Counted from the first letter of the stretch, positions 1 to 9,865 are shown. The stretch: 64,000 bases of DNA from an uncultured SAR86 cluster bacterium (GCA_902586925.1 CACIJE010000001.1:5720-69719), one strand, 5' to 3'. Program-made: numbers and translations. The notes: a model not told the origin generated them from the sequence alone.

Positions 1-878
1 CTAAATATTTCTGTTTTTGGAAATTCTATATTCATTTTGTCAATAATCATCTGATTTATTTTTATCCCAAGTTCATTGATTATTCCAAAATAATTATTTT
101 GGGTATATTCAAGCATAGATATTTCCTCAGCCTCCACATATTCATCTAAATTACCTGAAAGAATTTCGTCATAAGAATTTTTTGTTGTTGTTATACATTC
201 TTTCCACATATTCATGAAATCGATATGCAGATTTATATATTTATCAATATCCTTATCAGAAAATTTTTCAATACCAATGATTGCACATTCATCCATGATA
301 AAGTCTAGGACGTTAGGGTCTTTGATACCAGAATCTATTTTATCTATTGCAGTATTTAAATAATTTACTAGATAGTTTCTTCTATTTCTGAGGTAATGAG
401 AGCTTCTCTTACTGTCCCAATATTGATCTTCGAGGCTCAGCATACCTTTTGAAAAATATAAATATGCAGTTTGAAGGTAACACTCGGGTTCTCTTTTATG
501 TAGAAATCGCAAAAATTTATTAATAAATTTTTCTTGTTGATATGCCAAATTAATCACATCACAATCATCATTTTCATTATCATCTTTTTTTCTAAAATCA
601 AGCTCTTTGATTGAATAGGTGACAAAATCTCGCAGTATTTTTATTGCTTTAATGTGATCATCACTCATTTCTAAATTATTCGTATCAAATTCATTGGCTA
701 TTGAAGATGCATTATCAAATTGCTTAACTAACCTTTTATAATCATAAGTATTTATATTATCTTTGCATGTTTGATAATAGTGTTCTGCATCAGCAGCAAT
801 CCAATAAGAAAGATTCAGTTTTGTTTGTAGTTCTAGAAATAATTTATCATCAGCGTTATTTTTTTTGTAAAAGATCAT
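1..878 (-). CDS. hypothetical protein, partial (runs off the left edge)
   Basis: Not in the ORF track. Manual translation from ATG 878 (MIFYKKNNADDKLFLELQ...) stays open for 292 codons to the window edge; it starts 20 bp after the 899-1207 ORF. Confidence 0.75.
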   Translation of the reverse strand, partial: MIFYKKNNADDKLFLELQTKLNLSYWIAADAEHYYQTCKDNINTYDYKRLVKQFDNASSIANEFDTNNLEMSDDHIKAIKILRDFVTYSIKELDFRKKDDNENDDCDVINLAYQQEKFINKFLRFLHKREPECYLQTAYLYFSKGMLSLEDQYWDSKRSSHYLRNRRNYLVNYLNTAIDKIDSGIKDPNVLDFIMDECAIIGIEKFSDKDIDKYINLHIDFMNMWKECITTTKNSYDEILSGNLDEYVEAEEISMLEYTQNNYFGIINELGIKINQMIIDKMNIEFPKTEIF

Positions 879-898
879 TTGCTTATAAGTTTAGTGTT

Positions 899-1207
899 TT
901 AGTACTTTTTAATATTAATAGTTTTTTTTCTTATTGTTCTAGCTTCTTTTGCAGGTACAATCTTTTCTGGCTGTTCCTTATAGCTTATAAATCCCCACTC
1001 AAGATTATAGTTGTTCAACCTTGCAGAAACATGATTTCCCATTGCTTCTTTAAGTTTATCCATACATAAATCTTTATGTATTTTTGCATCCTTCATTACT
1101 CTGTCGCATTCAAGAATTTGCTCTGCGTATATTTCAAGATCCTTTGCAAGAACTTTTATATCTTCATTTGAGCTAGAAGATAGTTTTTTTAATGAGCTCA
1201 TATTCAT
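899..1207 (-). CDS. hypothetical protein (102 aa)
   Basis: ORF with GGAG RBS upstream and an operator palindrome 46 bp upstream; no recognised motif. Confidence 0.7.
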   Translation of the reverse strand: MNMSSLKKLSSSSNEDIKVLAKDLEIYAEQILECDRVMKDAKIHKDLCMDKLKEAMGNHVSARLNNYNLEWGFISYKEQPEKIVPAKEARTIRKKTINIKKY

Positions 1208-1252
1208 ATAGTTCTCCGTTTAATTATTGATTTAAAGATTATTAAATAGTTT

Positions 1253-1271
1253 TGCGACATTTTGTGTCGTA
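1253..1271. promoter_or_regulatory. palindromic operator copy 1 (putative WYL binding site)
   Basis: TGCGACA-TTTTG-TGTCGTA. Confidence 0.75.
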
Positions 1272-1284
1272 TAAAACTAATTTT

Positions 1285-2103
1285 TTAAATGAGTTTATTT
1301 TCTTTCATTCCATCAAATAGCTCAGCATACTCACATTGTTTATCTCCTTTTGGACCAAAACCAGAGTCCGCATGCCTTGGACATTCATTCATTAGAAGAC
1401 AATTCTTAAGTTCCAAAATAGTATCCTCAACCCATGAATCATCTGCGTCATAAGATATCAATTGAACATCAAACCTCATGTTTGCTTTGTCAATTTCATC
1501 ATTTAACATACCGTCTTCGAAATGTTGATCACCATTTACATAAACAAAATAACCAGTTTTACTTACATTGAAGCCTTCTTGTCTTAAAATCCATTGATAC
1601 ATATCCATTTGTTTTTTGTAAGACTCCTTATATGCACCTACTAAGGTTATTTGGTTTAATGCAGTACCTTCATCATTTTTCCTTCCAGCAGTACTTTTAT
1701 AATCAACAACAAAAATTTCATCAGTTTTAAGATCATGCCAAACATCATCCAAGCCACCCCCAATGATCAAATTGGATGGCTCATGGAAAGTTCTCAATCC
1801 AAGTTGAAGTGACTTTGTCCAAAGTTCAAAATTTTCATGTTTAAATGGTACTAGATGACCTAAACCATTTCTTTCCATAAATGGATGTGGCTTTTGCATT
1901 TCTCGATATCTATCAAAATCTTTTTTTAACAATGTATCAGTTGCAGAATTAAGCAAAAAGCCAGGCATTCCTGGAAATTTAATTCCCTTTACCCTATTCA
2001 TCCAAAAGCAAGCAGGGCAATTCATAAATGATTGAATTTGAGATCTGCTTACCTCATAGGGTTCTGGATGTTCTGGTTTATATGTTCCTCTGTGTCTTGC
2101 CAT
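1285..2103 (-). CDS. PD-(D/E)XK nuclease, RecB/Cas4-like
   Basis: SRSQIQSFMNCPACFW, GGLDD, VVDYKST and QMDMYQ motifs, plus C-terminal cysteines. Confidence 0.8.
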   Translation of the reverse strand: MARHRGTYKPEHPEPYEVSRSQIQSFMNCPACFWMNRVKGIKFPGMPGFLLNSATDTLLKKDFDRYREMQKPHPFMERNGLGHLVPFKHENFELWTKSLQLGLRTFHEPSNLIIGGGLDDVWHDLKTDEIFVVDYKSTAGRKNDEGTALNQITLVGAYKESYKKQMDMYQWILRQEGFNVSKTGYFVYVNGDQHFEDGMLNDEIDKANMRFDVQLISYDADDSWVEDTILELKNCLLMNECPRHADSGFGPKGDKQCEYAELFDGMKENKLI

Positions 2104-2122
2104 AACTAATTATAACCACAAA

Positions 2123-2890
2123 TCAAAGCAAGGGTTTTTTTATAGCTTTTGCATCTTTTACGCCAAGGATATCTTTAATAAATCGGTATCCCTCTTGCCC
2201 CCTCTTCTTGATAAGCGCCTTTTTAAAAATATCTTTTTCCTCACCAGATAGACCATAAATAAAATCAAGCATATGTTTGTTGGTGCCACCAAAAATAGGC
2301 ATAGTTATGTAAAAAGCGTTTTTGGTGCAGGCTACAGTTTGTCCCTCTTCATTTTGATTAATGGCGATTTGTTGCCCTCTAATATTACTTTTATCAACAA
2401 TAAGGTGCTTAAAGTCTAGGATATATTTAGCGTTATATAGGATTGAATTATTTTTTTTATTATCGACTTTTTGATTTTTAATTATTTTTTTTAATTCAGG
2501 AAACTTACCATCTATCGGATTAAAAAAAAATGTATTAATAGCAGCGTTATCAAGACTAATAAAATATTTTCTATACATATTTTTTGATATGTTTGAACGA
2601 TATTTAACAATAATTTTTTTCTTTCTATTTGCTGATTTTCTTGAGAGAGTAATTAATTTCTCCAGGCCCTTTTTAGGAATAATGATTCCTTTTTTATGAG
2701 AACATGAGCCTAACTCGTCATAGAAACATATTATTCTGTGGCCATCTGTGGCAACTATATTTACACCGCCATGTACAGAAGGATTTATAAAAACACCTTG
2801 TAAATTCTGCCTCCAATCAACATTTGGCACAATAAACATTGCATTGCCAAACATTCCAGCATTGAATTCTAATAAAGTATTCTTATGCAT
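2123..2890 (-). CDS. truncated DNA polymerase III beta-clamp-like protein
   Basis: RQNLQGV...IVATDGHRI and IDGKFP match the DnaN central domain; YITMPI resembles the DnaN C-terminal strand. Likely start ATG 2890 (track starts at 2899). Confidence 0.65.
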   Translation of the reverse strand: MHKNTLLEFNAGMFGNAMFIVPNVDWRQNLQGVFINPSVHGGVNIVATDGHRIICFYDELGSCSHKKGIIIPKKGLEKLITLSRKSANRKKKIIVKYRSNISKNMYRKYFISLDNAAINTFFFNPIDGKFPELKKIIKNQKVDNKKNNSILYNAKYILDFKHLIVDKSNIRGQQIAINQNEEGQTVACTKNAFYITMPIFGGTNKHMLDFIYGLSGEEKDIFKKALIKKRGQEGYRFIKDILGVKDAKAIKKPLL

Positions 2891-5057
2891 AAGCGTCACT
2901 TGTTTCTTGTTTGTTAAAACCGAAGTCTCTCTTGTATTTAGCTATTAAAAGAAGATCATCTTCTCCTAGCTTATTGCAGAATATTTCAAATAATTTTTTT
3001 CTGTCTAATTCAGATTTAAACCATTTTGGCTTAATTTTTTGTAATCTCTTTAATGAAAGCTTTTTGGCTAATGACATATTCGATTTAAAAGCTGGGACAC
3101 ATATATCTTTATCGGTTTTGATTGTTATGTGTGCTCTTAAAAATTTTTCTTCAGGCTTGTCGTGAAAAATGTTATCAAGTAATCTTTTATTTTTTTTAGA
3201 AGAAATTGATGCATATTTAAACGATTGTGTATTTTTCATACAAGCAAATTTTAAAACATCAGGGTCTGACTTTATTCTTTCTGAAGCGTATTTTAAGCTT
3301 TGATATGATTTTATAACCGCTTGAATCATAAATTTTTTATTATCAAGTAGATTTGGTGGTATATGATTTTTTTCAAAGCAAGTAAGTCCTTGTTCTGCAA
3401 ATAATTTGAAATAAAATTTGCTATTAACAATTTTATTAAATTGCTCGGGTTTGCAAAAAGGTGCATTCCTAGGATCTTTTTTTTGACCAAATTTAATTTC
3501 AGGATCGTATATTAGAAAATTTGGATTTTTTAATAAAAAATATTCCATAATTTCACGAGTTTTGAGTTTATCTGAAATTTTAAAATAAAATAATTTGCTA
3601 TAGGATTCATTGTCTGCATGATGACGGTAATCAAAAGTTGATTGATAACTTATGATTTTTTTTAAGAACTCAAAGTCTTTATTTGATTCTATATGCTCGA
3701 TAGTTCTTTTAGTGATATCGTCAAGGAACGTCCTGACAAAACCATCTTCATAATAATTCGATATGTGAAGCATTTTTCTAAATTGTATTAAAAAAAGTTT
3801 AGAAGATTTAACCCTTTCATCTAAATTGTCGTAAAATTTTTTGATCTCATAAGAATATATAAACTCATCCCCACGATCTCCACTTACATGCGGGTGAATA
3901 TTTAATTTACATGCAATATGATGAATATATTCTGCTGCTTTTTTAGGACTAGCCTCAATATATTTTAAAAATGTGCACTTTTTTGATTCTATTTTTTTAT
4001 GCATAAAAAAAAGAGGGTGAGATGGATTATGAAGGCTGATATTTACATGACTATAAATACTATAATCTTGATCTAAAAATCTACATTCGTAGAGAAATTT
4101 GCTTATCTTTGAATCTGTAATTTTATTTATATCAATATTTTCTGAGATTTGTTTGGAGGCGTTAATCGTATTAAAAATTGGCCAGTTAAAACGAAAATTA
4201 ACAAGCTTATCTATACTTTTAGTCTTTTTAAAAAAAGCATCTAAAATAGCATTTCGTAACAAAGAAAAATCTATACCAGAAATCCTTAATTTTCTCATCA
4301 TTATTTTTGTCGATTCGTGATATCCATAATAACCTTTACCTTCAAAAGGGAATGGTAAAACATGAGGAGTTGGGGTGCTAAGTGCATAATCTATGACGAT
4401 ATCCGCGTACTCCTCTAGTGTAATTTCATTATTAAGCATGAATAAATAAGCTGCGCTTGGTGAAAGCTTAAGTGCTTGTTTTTTAATCTCAAGGTCATCA
4501 TATGTTTTAGATTTTTTTATTACTTTCCAAGGTGGGCTAAAATATTCCCATGAAGCAACGTGAAATTTGTCAAAAAGTGAAAGATTTTTAGGGTGACTAG
4601 AAGGTATTTTTAGACAATTATCATATTGTTTAGATTTTGGCACTAGTAAATTTTTTGAGTGACCAAAAGATCTTAGAATATTTTTTTTTGTTTGAAATGA
4701 GTGATCTAGAGACTCTACAAAATTAAATGAGTCATCTTTTTTATTTTCAATAATAAAATTAATTATGAACGGGTCATTAAAACATATTTCAGGCAAGTGT
4801 CTTGGCATTTTCTTTTGCCTTGTTAACCATTTTAAAACTATTTCTCTATCACTTCTTAACCTCTCAGAAATATGAGCAATATTAAAATACTTCTCATGTA
4901 TATACTCAAGTACGAAGTCTTTATCATCAAAATATTTTGATGAAATAATTTCATCTGGCTTAGTATGCCAGCGATTAGCAAGTGATTTATAGGCTTCAAT
5001 AACTGAAGATTTGTTGTTTATCAATGGTTTGTTGAATAAATTTTGACTATTTTTCAT
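2883..5057 (-). CDS. DUF4116 repeat-containing protein
   Basis: Repeats such as DDKDFVLEYI...ISERLRSDREIVL and DNKKFMIQAV...LKYASERIKSDPDVL. Confidence 0.7.
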   Translation of the reverse strand: MKNSQNLFNKPLINNKSSVIEAYKSLANRWHTKPDEIISSKYFDDKDFVLEYIHEKYFNIAHISERLRSDREIVLKWLTRQKKMPRHLPEICFNDPFIINFIIENKKDDSFNFVESLDHSFQTKKNILRSFGHSKNLLVPKSKQYDNCLKIPSSHPKNLSLFDKFHVASWEYFSPPWKVIKKSKTYDDLEIKKQALKLSPSAAYLFMLNNEITLEEYADIVIDYALSTPTPHVLPFPFEGKGYYGYHESTKIMMRKLRISGIDFSLLRNAILDAFFKKTKSIDKLVNFRFNWPIFNTINASKQISENIDINKITDSKISKFLYECRFLDQDYSIYSHVNISLHNPSHPLFFMHKKIESKKCTFLKYIEASPKKAAEYIHHIACKLNIHPHVSGDRGDEFIYSYEIKKFYDNLDERVKSSKLFLIQFRKMLHISNYYEDGFVRTFLDDITKRTIEHIESNKDFEFLKKIISYQSTFDYRHHADNESYSKLFYFKISDKLKTREIMEYFLLKNPNFLIYDPEIKFGQKKDPRNAPFCKPEQFNKIVNSKFYFKLFAEQGLTCFEKNHIPPNLLDNKKFMIQAVIKSYQSLKYASERIKSDPDVLKFACMKNTQSFKYASISSKKNKRLLDNIFHDKPEEKFLRAHITIKTDKDICVPAFKSNMSLAKKLSLKRLQKIKPKWFKSELDRKKLFEIFCNKLGEDDLLLIAKYKRDFGFNKQETSDAYA

Positions 5058-5058
5058 T

Positions 5059-6213
5059 TTAGTGCCAACTTTCAGTAGAAATTCTTATTACTTCGCCAAA
5101 AGGAAATTCTGAAGTTTCTTCACCATCAGCTGAAACTAACCACATGACAGGATCCTTTGGAACAAATTTTGGAAATTCTTCGTATCCATCTGTGAGGTAA
5201 ATAGAAACTTTATGGGAACCCATATGATTTTCGTTGTTTTTTTCAAGGTATTTAAAGAAGGGTACAAAGCTTGTTCCTCCCCCTCCCTTTAAAACTGGGA
5301 TTTCTTCAGGAGAGCTTATTTTAAATGGGCCAGACAATTCACAATCACAAAAGAAAAAGTCACATTTCACATGTGGATATGATTTTAATATTCCATTTAT
5401 CTCTGCTACAAATTGATCTATTAGATCTCTTGAGACTGAACCACTTGTATCAACACAAACTGATACTTCCAAAGCCTCGGTCATAAGACCCTCAAGATAA
5501 AGCCCTCTGTACAAGAATCTTCTGTCTAAGTCATCAAAATCTGCTGGTGTTCTTCCTACATATTTCCAAAGTGCATGTCTCCAATTCACCTCAGGTTCTA
5601 AAATATTTTCTACTTCTCTTTCCATTCCATCTGGCAAACCTCCTGTGGTATTACTGCCAAATTTGTCAGAATTATTTACCATATCGGAGTTTTTTAAAAC
5701 TTGTATTTTATCTTTCCAGTAACTTTCTATCTCCAGACCATCTGCTTGACTAGAATTATCATTAGTTCCGCCGTCTTTAAGATCCTGAATATATGATTTA
5801 TGCTTTTTGTATTTATTGTTTTTCAGTAAAGATTCGTAAATAAATTCAACTGACTTATCCCTGTATGTTTTATCAGTAATTGCTCCTTTTGGCAGTATAA
5901 AAGTAGTATTTCTTAAAATTAAATCATTTACGACTATGTCAGCAGCAATATTCCATATTTTTGGATCTCTATTTTGTCGTCTTGTAACATGCAGCAGTGC
6001 CATATGAAGAACTTCGTGCAACATTAAGGCATTTTGCTCTGAAGAATTAAGGCTTTTGAGAAAATTCATGTTGAAATAAATATCTTTTCCATCTGTACAA
6101 GCTGTATCATATTTTTTTGTTTCTTTAATCGAGGCAAATAACATCAAGGCTCCAAAGAATTGACATTCTTTTCGGACTTGAAGCTTGCATTTGCTGATAA
6201 TTTCTTCAAACAT
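5059..6213 (-). CDS. DUF2201-type metallopeptidase plus vWA-like domain protein
   Basis: TACTDG, HEVLH zincin motif, WNIAAD, MIDAS DTSGS, GGGGTSF, LTDGY. Confidence 0.88.
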   Translation of the reverse strand: MFEEIISKCKLQVRKECQFFGALMLFASIKETKKYDTACTDGKDIYFNMNFLKSLNSSEQNALMLHEVLHMALLHVTRRQNRDPKIWNIAADIVVNDLILRNTTFILPKGAITDKTYRDKSVEFIYESLLKNNKYKKHKSYIQDLKDGGTNDNSSQADGLEIESYWKDKIQVLKNSDMVNNSDKFGSNTTGGLPDGMEREVENILEPEVNWRHALWKYVGRTPADFDDLDRRFLYRGLYLEGLMTEALEVSVCVDTSGSVSRDLIDQFVAEINGILKSYPHVKCDFFFCDCELSGPFKISSPEEIPVLKGGGGTSFVPFFKYLEKNNENHMGSHKVSIYLTDGYEEFPKFVPKDPVMWLVSADGEETSEFPFGEVIRISTESWH

Positions 6214-6214
6214 T

Positions 6215-7222
6215 TTATGCTGCTAATAATTTTTGAAGTCTTTCTGCAACCTTCATAAGCTTGTTATTATTTGCAATCATATCTACTAACTGGTCCATTT
6301 GTTTAGAAGTTTTCCATTTTGCACAGACATCATAAGTACACTGACTAAGCCACTCCATTCCACCTTTATCATCAATATATAAGAAGGTGTTTTCTACTTC
6401 TTTTATGGTCTTAGCTCTTGTTGCAAGAGCGCATGTTAGTGCATACCTAGCAGATAAATCCTTAGGGAAGCTTGGTTTTGCCTTACCTTTTAATATTGGT
6501 TCAATATCTGGTAATGTTTTATAAACTTTGCAAAAACTTCTAAATTCAGCTGCACAACCCTCGCCTATTGCAGGATCTATGTCTAAATTAGCTTTCAACA
6601 AAGAATTGCTAATATCCCAACTTCTTGGTGAAGGCCATGAGGGAGAGTTTTTGTCAATTTTATGGAGATATTTTGGTCTAAAATTAAGAAATGAAATAAT
6701 TCTGTCGTCAACATCATTTGTTAAGGCATAGTCCTTAAACTCATCAAGACCTGTTGTAACCTCCAGATGAATAAATCTATTAGCCAAAGGTGCTGGCATA
6801 TCAAAAACTGCTGCAAAATCCTCTTTTCTATTTCCAGCTGACCAAATAAACCATCCGTCAGGGACTTTATAGCTACCAACTTTTCTGTCTAAAATTAATT
6901 GTTGAGCAATACCTTGAACAGCAGGTGGTGCCATATTTATTTCGTCTAAGAATAGAATGCCTTTTCCATCTTTTGGTAAAAATTCTGGGGGATACCAACA
7001 AGCAACATTATCGTTTGGAACAGGGATACCTCGTAAATCTGTTGGAGCTAATTGACTAATCCTTAGATCTATAAGCTCAAGATTATTTCTTTTTGCAACC
7101 GAACTTACTACAGATGATTTTCCAATACCTGGTGCACCCCAAATCATCAACGAAGATTGGATATTATGTTCAACTATGCTGCTAAGATAGGATGAAAGTT
7201 TTTTTATTGAAAGTTTTTTCAT
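6215..7222 (-). CDS. MoxR-like AAA+ ATPase
   Basis: Walker A GAPGIGKS, Walker B ILFLDEIN, AGNR, LANRF, SPRSW. Start ATG 7222 follows AGAGG RBS. Confidence 0.88.
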   Translation of the reverse strand: MKKLSIKKLSSYLSSIVEHNIQSSLMIWGAPGIGKSSVVSSVAKRNNLELIDLRISQLAPTDLRGIPVPNDNVACWYPPEFLPKDGKGILFLDEINMAPPAVQGIAQQLILDRKVGSYKVPDGWFIWSAGNRKEDFAAVFDMPAPLANRFIHLEVTTGLDEFKDYALTNDVDDRIISFLNFRPKYLHKIDKNSPSWPSPRSWDISNSLLKANLDIDPAIGEGCAAEFRSFCKVYKTLPDIEPILKGKAKPSFPKDLSARYALTCALATRAKTIKEVENTFLYIDDKGGMEWLSQCTYDVCAKWKTSKQMDQLVDMIANNNKLMKVAERLQKLLAA

Positions 7223-7267
7223 TTTTTTTCCTCTTTGAAATTTAATTATCATAAGATATTATTAAGT

Positions 7268-7286
7268 AACGACATTTTGTGTCGCA
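7268..7286. promoter_or_regulatory. palindromic operator copy 2, between the divergent AAA ATPase and WYL genes
   Basis: AACGACA-TTTTG-TGTCGCA. Confidence 0.8.
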
Positions 7287-7304
7287 TTTAAAGATTAAAG
7301 TTTG

Positions 7305-8315
7305 ATGAAAAAACCAACTCGTTATGAGGCTATAAGAAGAGGATTTAATATCCTCTCTATGGTCAGTCGAGCTCCATTAGGATCTAAAGATGTCCATGAT
7401 CGAATAAATCGAATTGGTACTGAAGTAAGTAGAAAAACTATTGAAAGAGATTTAAAAGAACTAACTGATCGATTCCCTGAGATGATTGAAGTTGATGATT
7501 CATCTAAACCATATACCTATAGACAGCCAAAACATGCTAGAAAATATTCTGCAATGAGTGCAGAGGAAGCTATATGTCTTCAACTTGCGTTCACTTATTT
7601 AAATCCTTTGTTGCCGAATAGATCACTCGATGATATCAGGCCTTATTTAAAAGAGGCGGAAGCTGTCCTAGGTGAGCAGTCTTCTGTAAAAATGAAAAAT
7701 TGGAAACATAAAGTTTTAACTGTTAATGAGGGTTTACAGCTTGCACAAGCAAAAATTAGAGACAATATTTTAACAAATATACACAAAGCTCTCTGGGATG
7801 GTAAAGCAATTATTGCAAGCTATCAGTCAAAAAGTAAAGCTTTTCCCTCTGAGTACAAGCTTCACCCTGCTGGGCTTGTTTACAGAGGAAGAATTTGTTA
7901 CTTAGTTTGTTCTTTTGATGATTCACCAGATAACATTATTTATTTAGCAGCACATAGGTTTCACAAAATTAAAATTTCTCTTGATACCTATAGCAGACAT
8001 AAAAATCAAAAAGTTAAAGATCTAGCTAAAGACTTATTTGGGTTTAAGCTGAATGACAAAAAAATAAATATTAAACTAAAGTTTTCTGTTCAAGCAGGAT
8101 CTCATCTGTATGAAACGCCAATTTCGAGTTCTCAAAAAATAAAGATGTCTAGAGATGGCTATATATTAGTTGAGGATAAAGTTACTGATAATATGGAACT
8201 TAGATTTTGGATAAGAGCTTTTGGAGATTCTGTAGAAGTAATTAAACCAGTCAAACTTCGAGATGAGTTTAAGAAAATATCAAAAAGAATGGTAAATTTA
8301 TATAATGAAAATTAA
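7305..8315 (+). CDS. WYL domain transcriptional regulator (HTH-WYL-WCX)
   Basis: N-terminal wHTH (VSRKTIERDLKEL), WYL region (LHPAGLVYRGRICYLV...HRF) and C-terminal WCX (WIRAFGDSVEVIKPVKLR). Confidence 0.9.
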   Translation: MKKPTRYEAIRRGFNILSMVSRAPLGSKDVHDRINRIGTEVSRKTIERDLKELTDRFPEMIEVDDSSKPYTYRQPKHARKYSAMSAEEAICLQLAFTYLNPLLPNRSLDDIRPYLKEAEAVLGEQSSVKMKNWKHKVLTVNEGLQLAQAKIRDNILTNIHKALWDGKAIIASYQSKSKAFPSEYKLHPAGLVYRGRICYLVCSFDDSPDNIIYLAAHRFHKIKISLDTYSRHKNQKVKDLAKDLFGFKLNDKKINIKLKFSVQAGSHLYETPISSSQKIKMSRDGYILVEDKVTDNMELRFWIRAFGDSVEVIKPVKLRDEFKKISKRMVNLYNEN

Positions 8316-8703
8316 GCCAAATTCTATTGATGCTGTTATTTTTTTTACATTGTATATTTGCGCTCAAGACGATTTAATTGCTAAGGAAGAAATTGAACAA
8401 ATTGATATTGAATTTCCAATGATTCAAAAATTATATTTTGATATATATGGGGAATTCATTAAAGAGGACCTTAAAGAGCTTATGAGAAGTGTTTCAAACA
8501 AATTATTATCAAGTAACAAATTTATCAAAAAAAGTGTATCAAAACTAGAAAATACTACTTTTTCAACATTAATTACAGATCCGAAGCTTCAAGACATTTC
8601 ATTATTATTCGCTAGGCATGCTGCAAGTGCAGACGGTTTACATGCTCTAGAAGAAAACAAGTTTAATTATTGGGCAAAAAAATGGGGTCTTTCGAAAGTT
8701 TAA
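8305..8703 (+). CDS. TerB-like protein
   Basis: AQDDLIAKEE and ASADGLHALEE half-repeats; overlaps the WYL stop; paralogous to 14430-14774. Confidence 0.6.
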   Translation: MKIKPNSIDAVIFFTLYICAQDDLIAKEEIEQIDIEFPMIQKLYFDIYGEFIKEDLKELMRSVSNKLLSSNKFIKKSVSKLENTTFSTLITDPKLQDISLLFARHAASADGLHALEENKFNYWAKKWGLSKV

Positions 8704-9512
8704 TGTTTTGTTATTGATGAAGTGACTACACCTATAATTTGAAAATCACAAGTCTCAAAATCTTTATAAACTTTATCTTTTTTATCAATTACAAATCCAT
8801 TTTTTCTATATTCAAGACATCCACATATAAATTCGCCGTCTATCATAGCAACAACAATATCATTAATTTCTGGTTTTTGAGATTGATCAACAATCATAAT
8901 ATCTCCGTCGTTAATACCGTGCTCTCGATTAGATTGGCCTTGAGCTCTATATAGGATAGTTGCAGATCTATTTCGAATAAGATATTTGTTTAAATCTATA
9001 GGACCTTCGATATAATCTGATTCATCACTTGGAAAACTTGGTTTATTTTTCTTATTTAAACATGGGTATATAATTTTTCTCAAAAATTTGGTATCAATAA
9101 CCTTTCCACTATATACAGCATCACAAAGTTCTTCTGATTCAAAAAATCTTTTTTCATGGGAACCAAATTTATTAGTTTTAATGTTTAAGCTTATCGGGAA
9201 GAAAATTGTTCCTGGCTTTGAACGATCTTCTGTTAATAAAGCTCTTAATGGAGACGGTATGGAATATCCATCAAAAATGTAATCTGCAAATCGTAATAAA
9301 TTAAAGAAGATTTTCCAAGCAATGCTTTTTTTTAAATTAGCTTCTTTTTGTAAACACTTTTCTCTTAGATTTTTATATTTTTGTTCAAGATATTCTTTTT
9401 TATTACGTAAATCTGAAATTTCTTTTGCTTTGACAAAAATTTCGTCTCCCTCAGCAGGCAAGCTTTCTCTTATTCTTATGTCTTTGGAAACTTTTATTAT
9501 CTCATCAGGCAT
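8700..9512 (-). CDS. N-terminally extended UmuD/S24-like protein, probably catalytically inactive
   Basis: C-terminal half aligns with the UmuD at 28389 (DYIEGPIDLNKYLIRN, RAQGQS, IDGEF). Start 9512 (MPDEII) or 9596. Confidence 0.75.
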   Translation of the reverse strand: MPDEIIKVSKDIRIRESLPAEGDEIFVKAKEISDLRNKKEYLEQKYKNLREKCLQKEANLKKSIAWKIFFNLLRFADYIFDGYSIPSPLRALLTEDRSKPGTIFFPISLNIKTNKFGSHEKRFFESEELCDAVYSGKVIDTKFLRKIIYPCLNKKNKPSFPSDESDYIEGPIDLNKYLIRNRSATILYRAQGQSNREHGINDGDIMIVDQSQKPEINDIVVAMIDGEFICGCLEYRKNGFVIDKKDKVYKDFETCDFQIIGVVTSSITKH

Positions 9513-9600
9513 ATACGTTTGATCTATTAATATAGACAAAACATATATTTGATTTATTTTAGTGTTTCCTAATAAACCTTTAGTAGTGAAAATCATTACT

Positions 9601-9789
9601 TTAAAAAATGATTTTTAAACTAAATGAAATTTGACTTGGTTCTTCCTCAACACAGGATTTCGAGGAGAAAATGTGTTTAATATTACTATTTTTTTTATAA
9701 ACATAGTTTTTTGATAATTCATTGTAAAAATCTGATGACATATTTGGAAGTTCTAGTTGCAATTCTTTTGATTCTGATTCTGTAGTCAT
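9601..9789 (-). CDS. small hypothetical protein (62 aa)
   Basis: Strong AGGAG RBS; operator 47 bp upstream. Confidence 0.6.
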   Translation of the reverse strand: MTTESESKELQLELPNMSSDFYNELSKNYVYKKNSNIKHIFSSKSCVEEEPSQISFSLKIIF

Positions 9790-9835
9790 TTTTATTCTCC
9801 TATTAATTTTTAATAATAAAATTATTTATCAATCA

Positions 9836-9854
9836 TGCGACAGAATAGGTCGGA
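9836..9854. promoter_or_regulatory. palindromic operator copy 3
   Basis: TGCGACA-GAATA-GGTCGGA. Confidence 0.65.
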
Positions 9855-9865
9855 AAAAAATATTA

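Noticed and set aside
767-1069. 100-aa plus-strand ORF
   Set aside because: Antisense shadow of two minus-strand genes, with Phe/Ser-rich composition.
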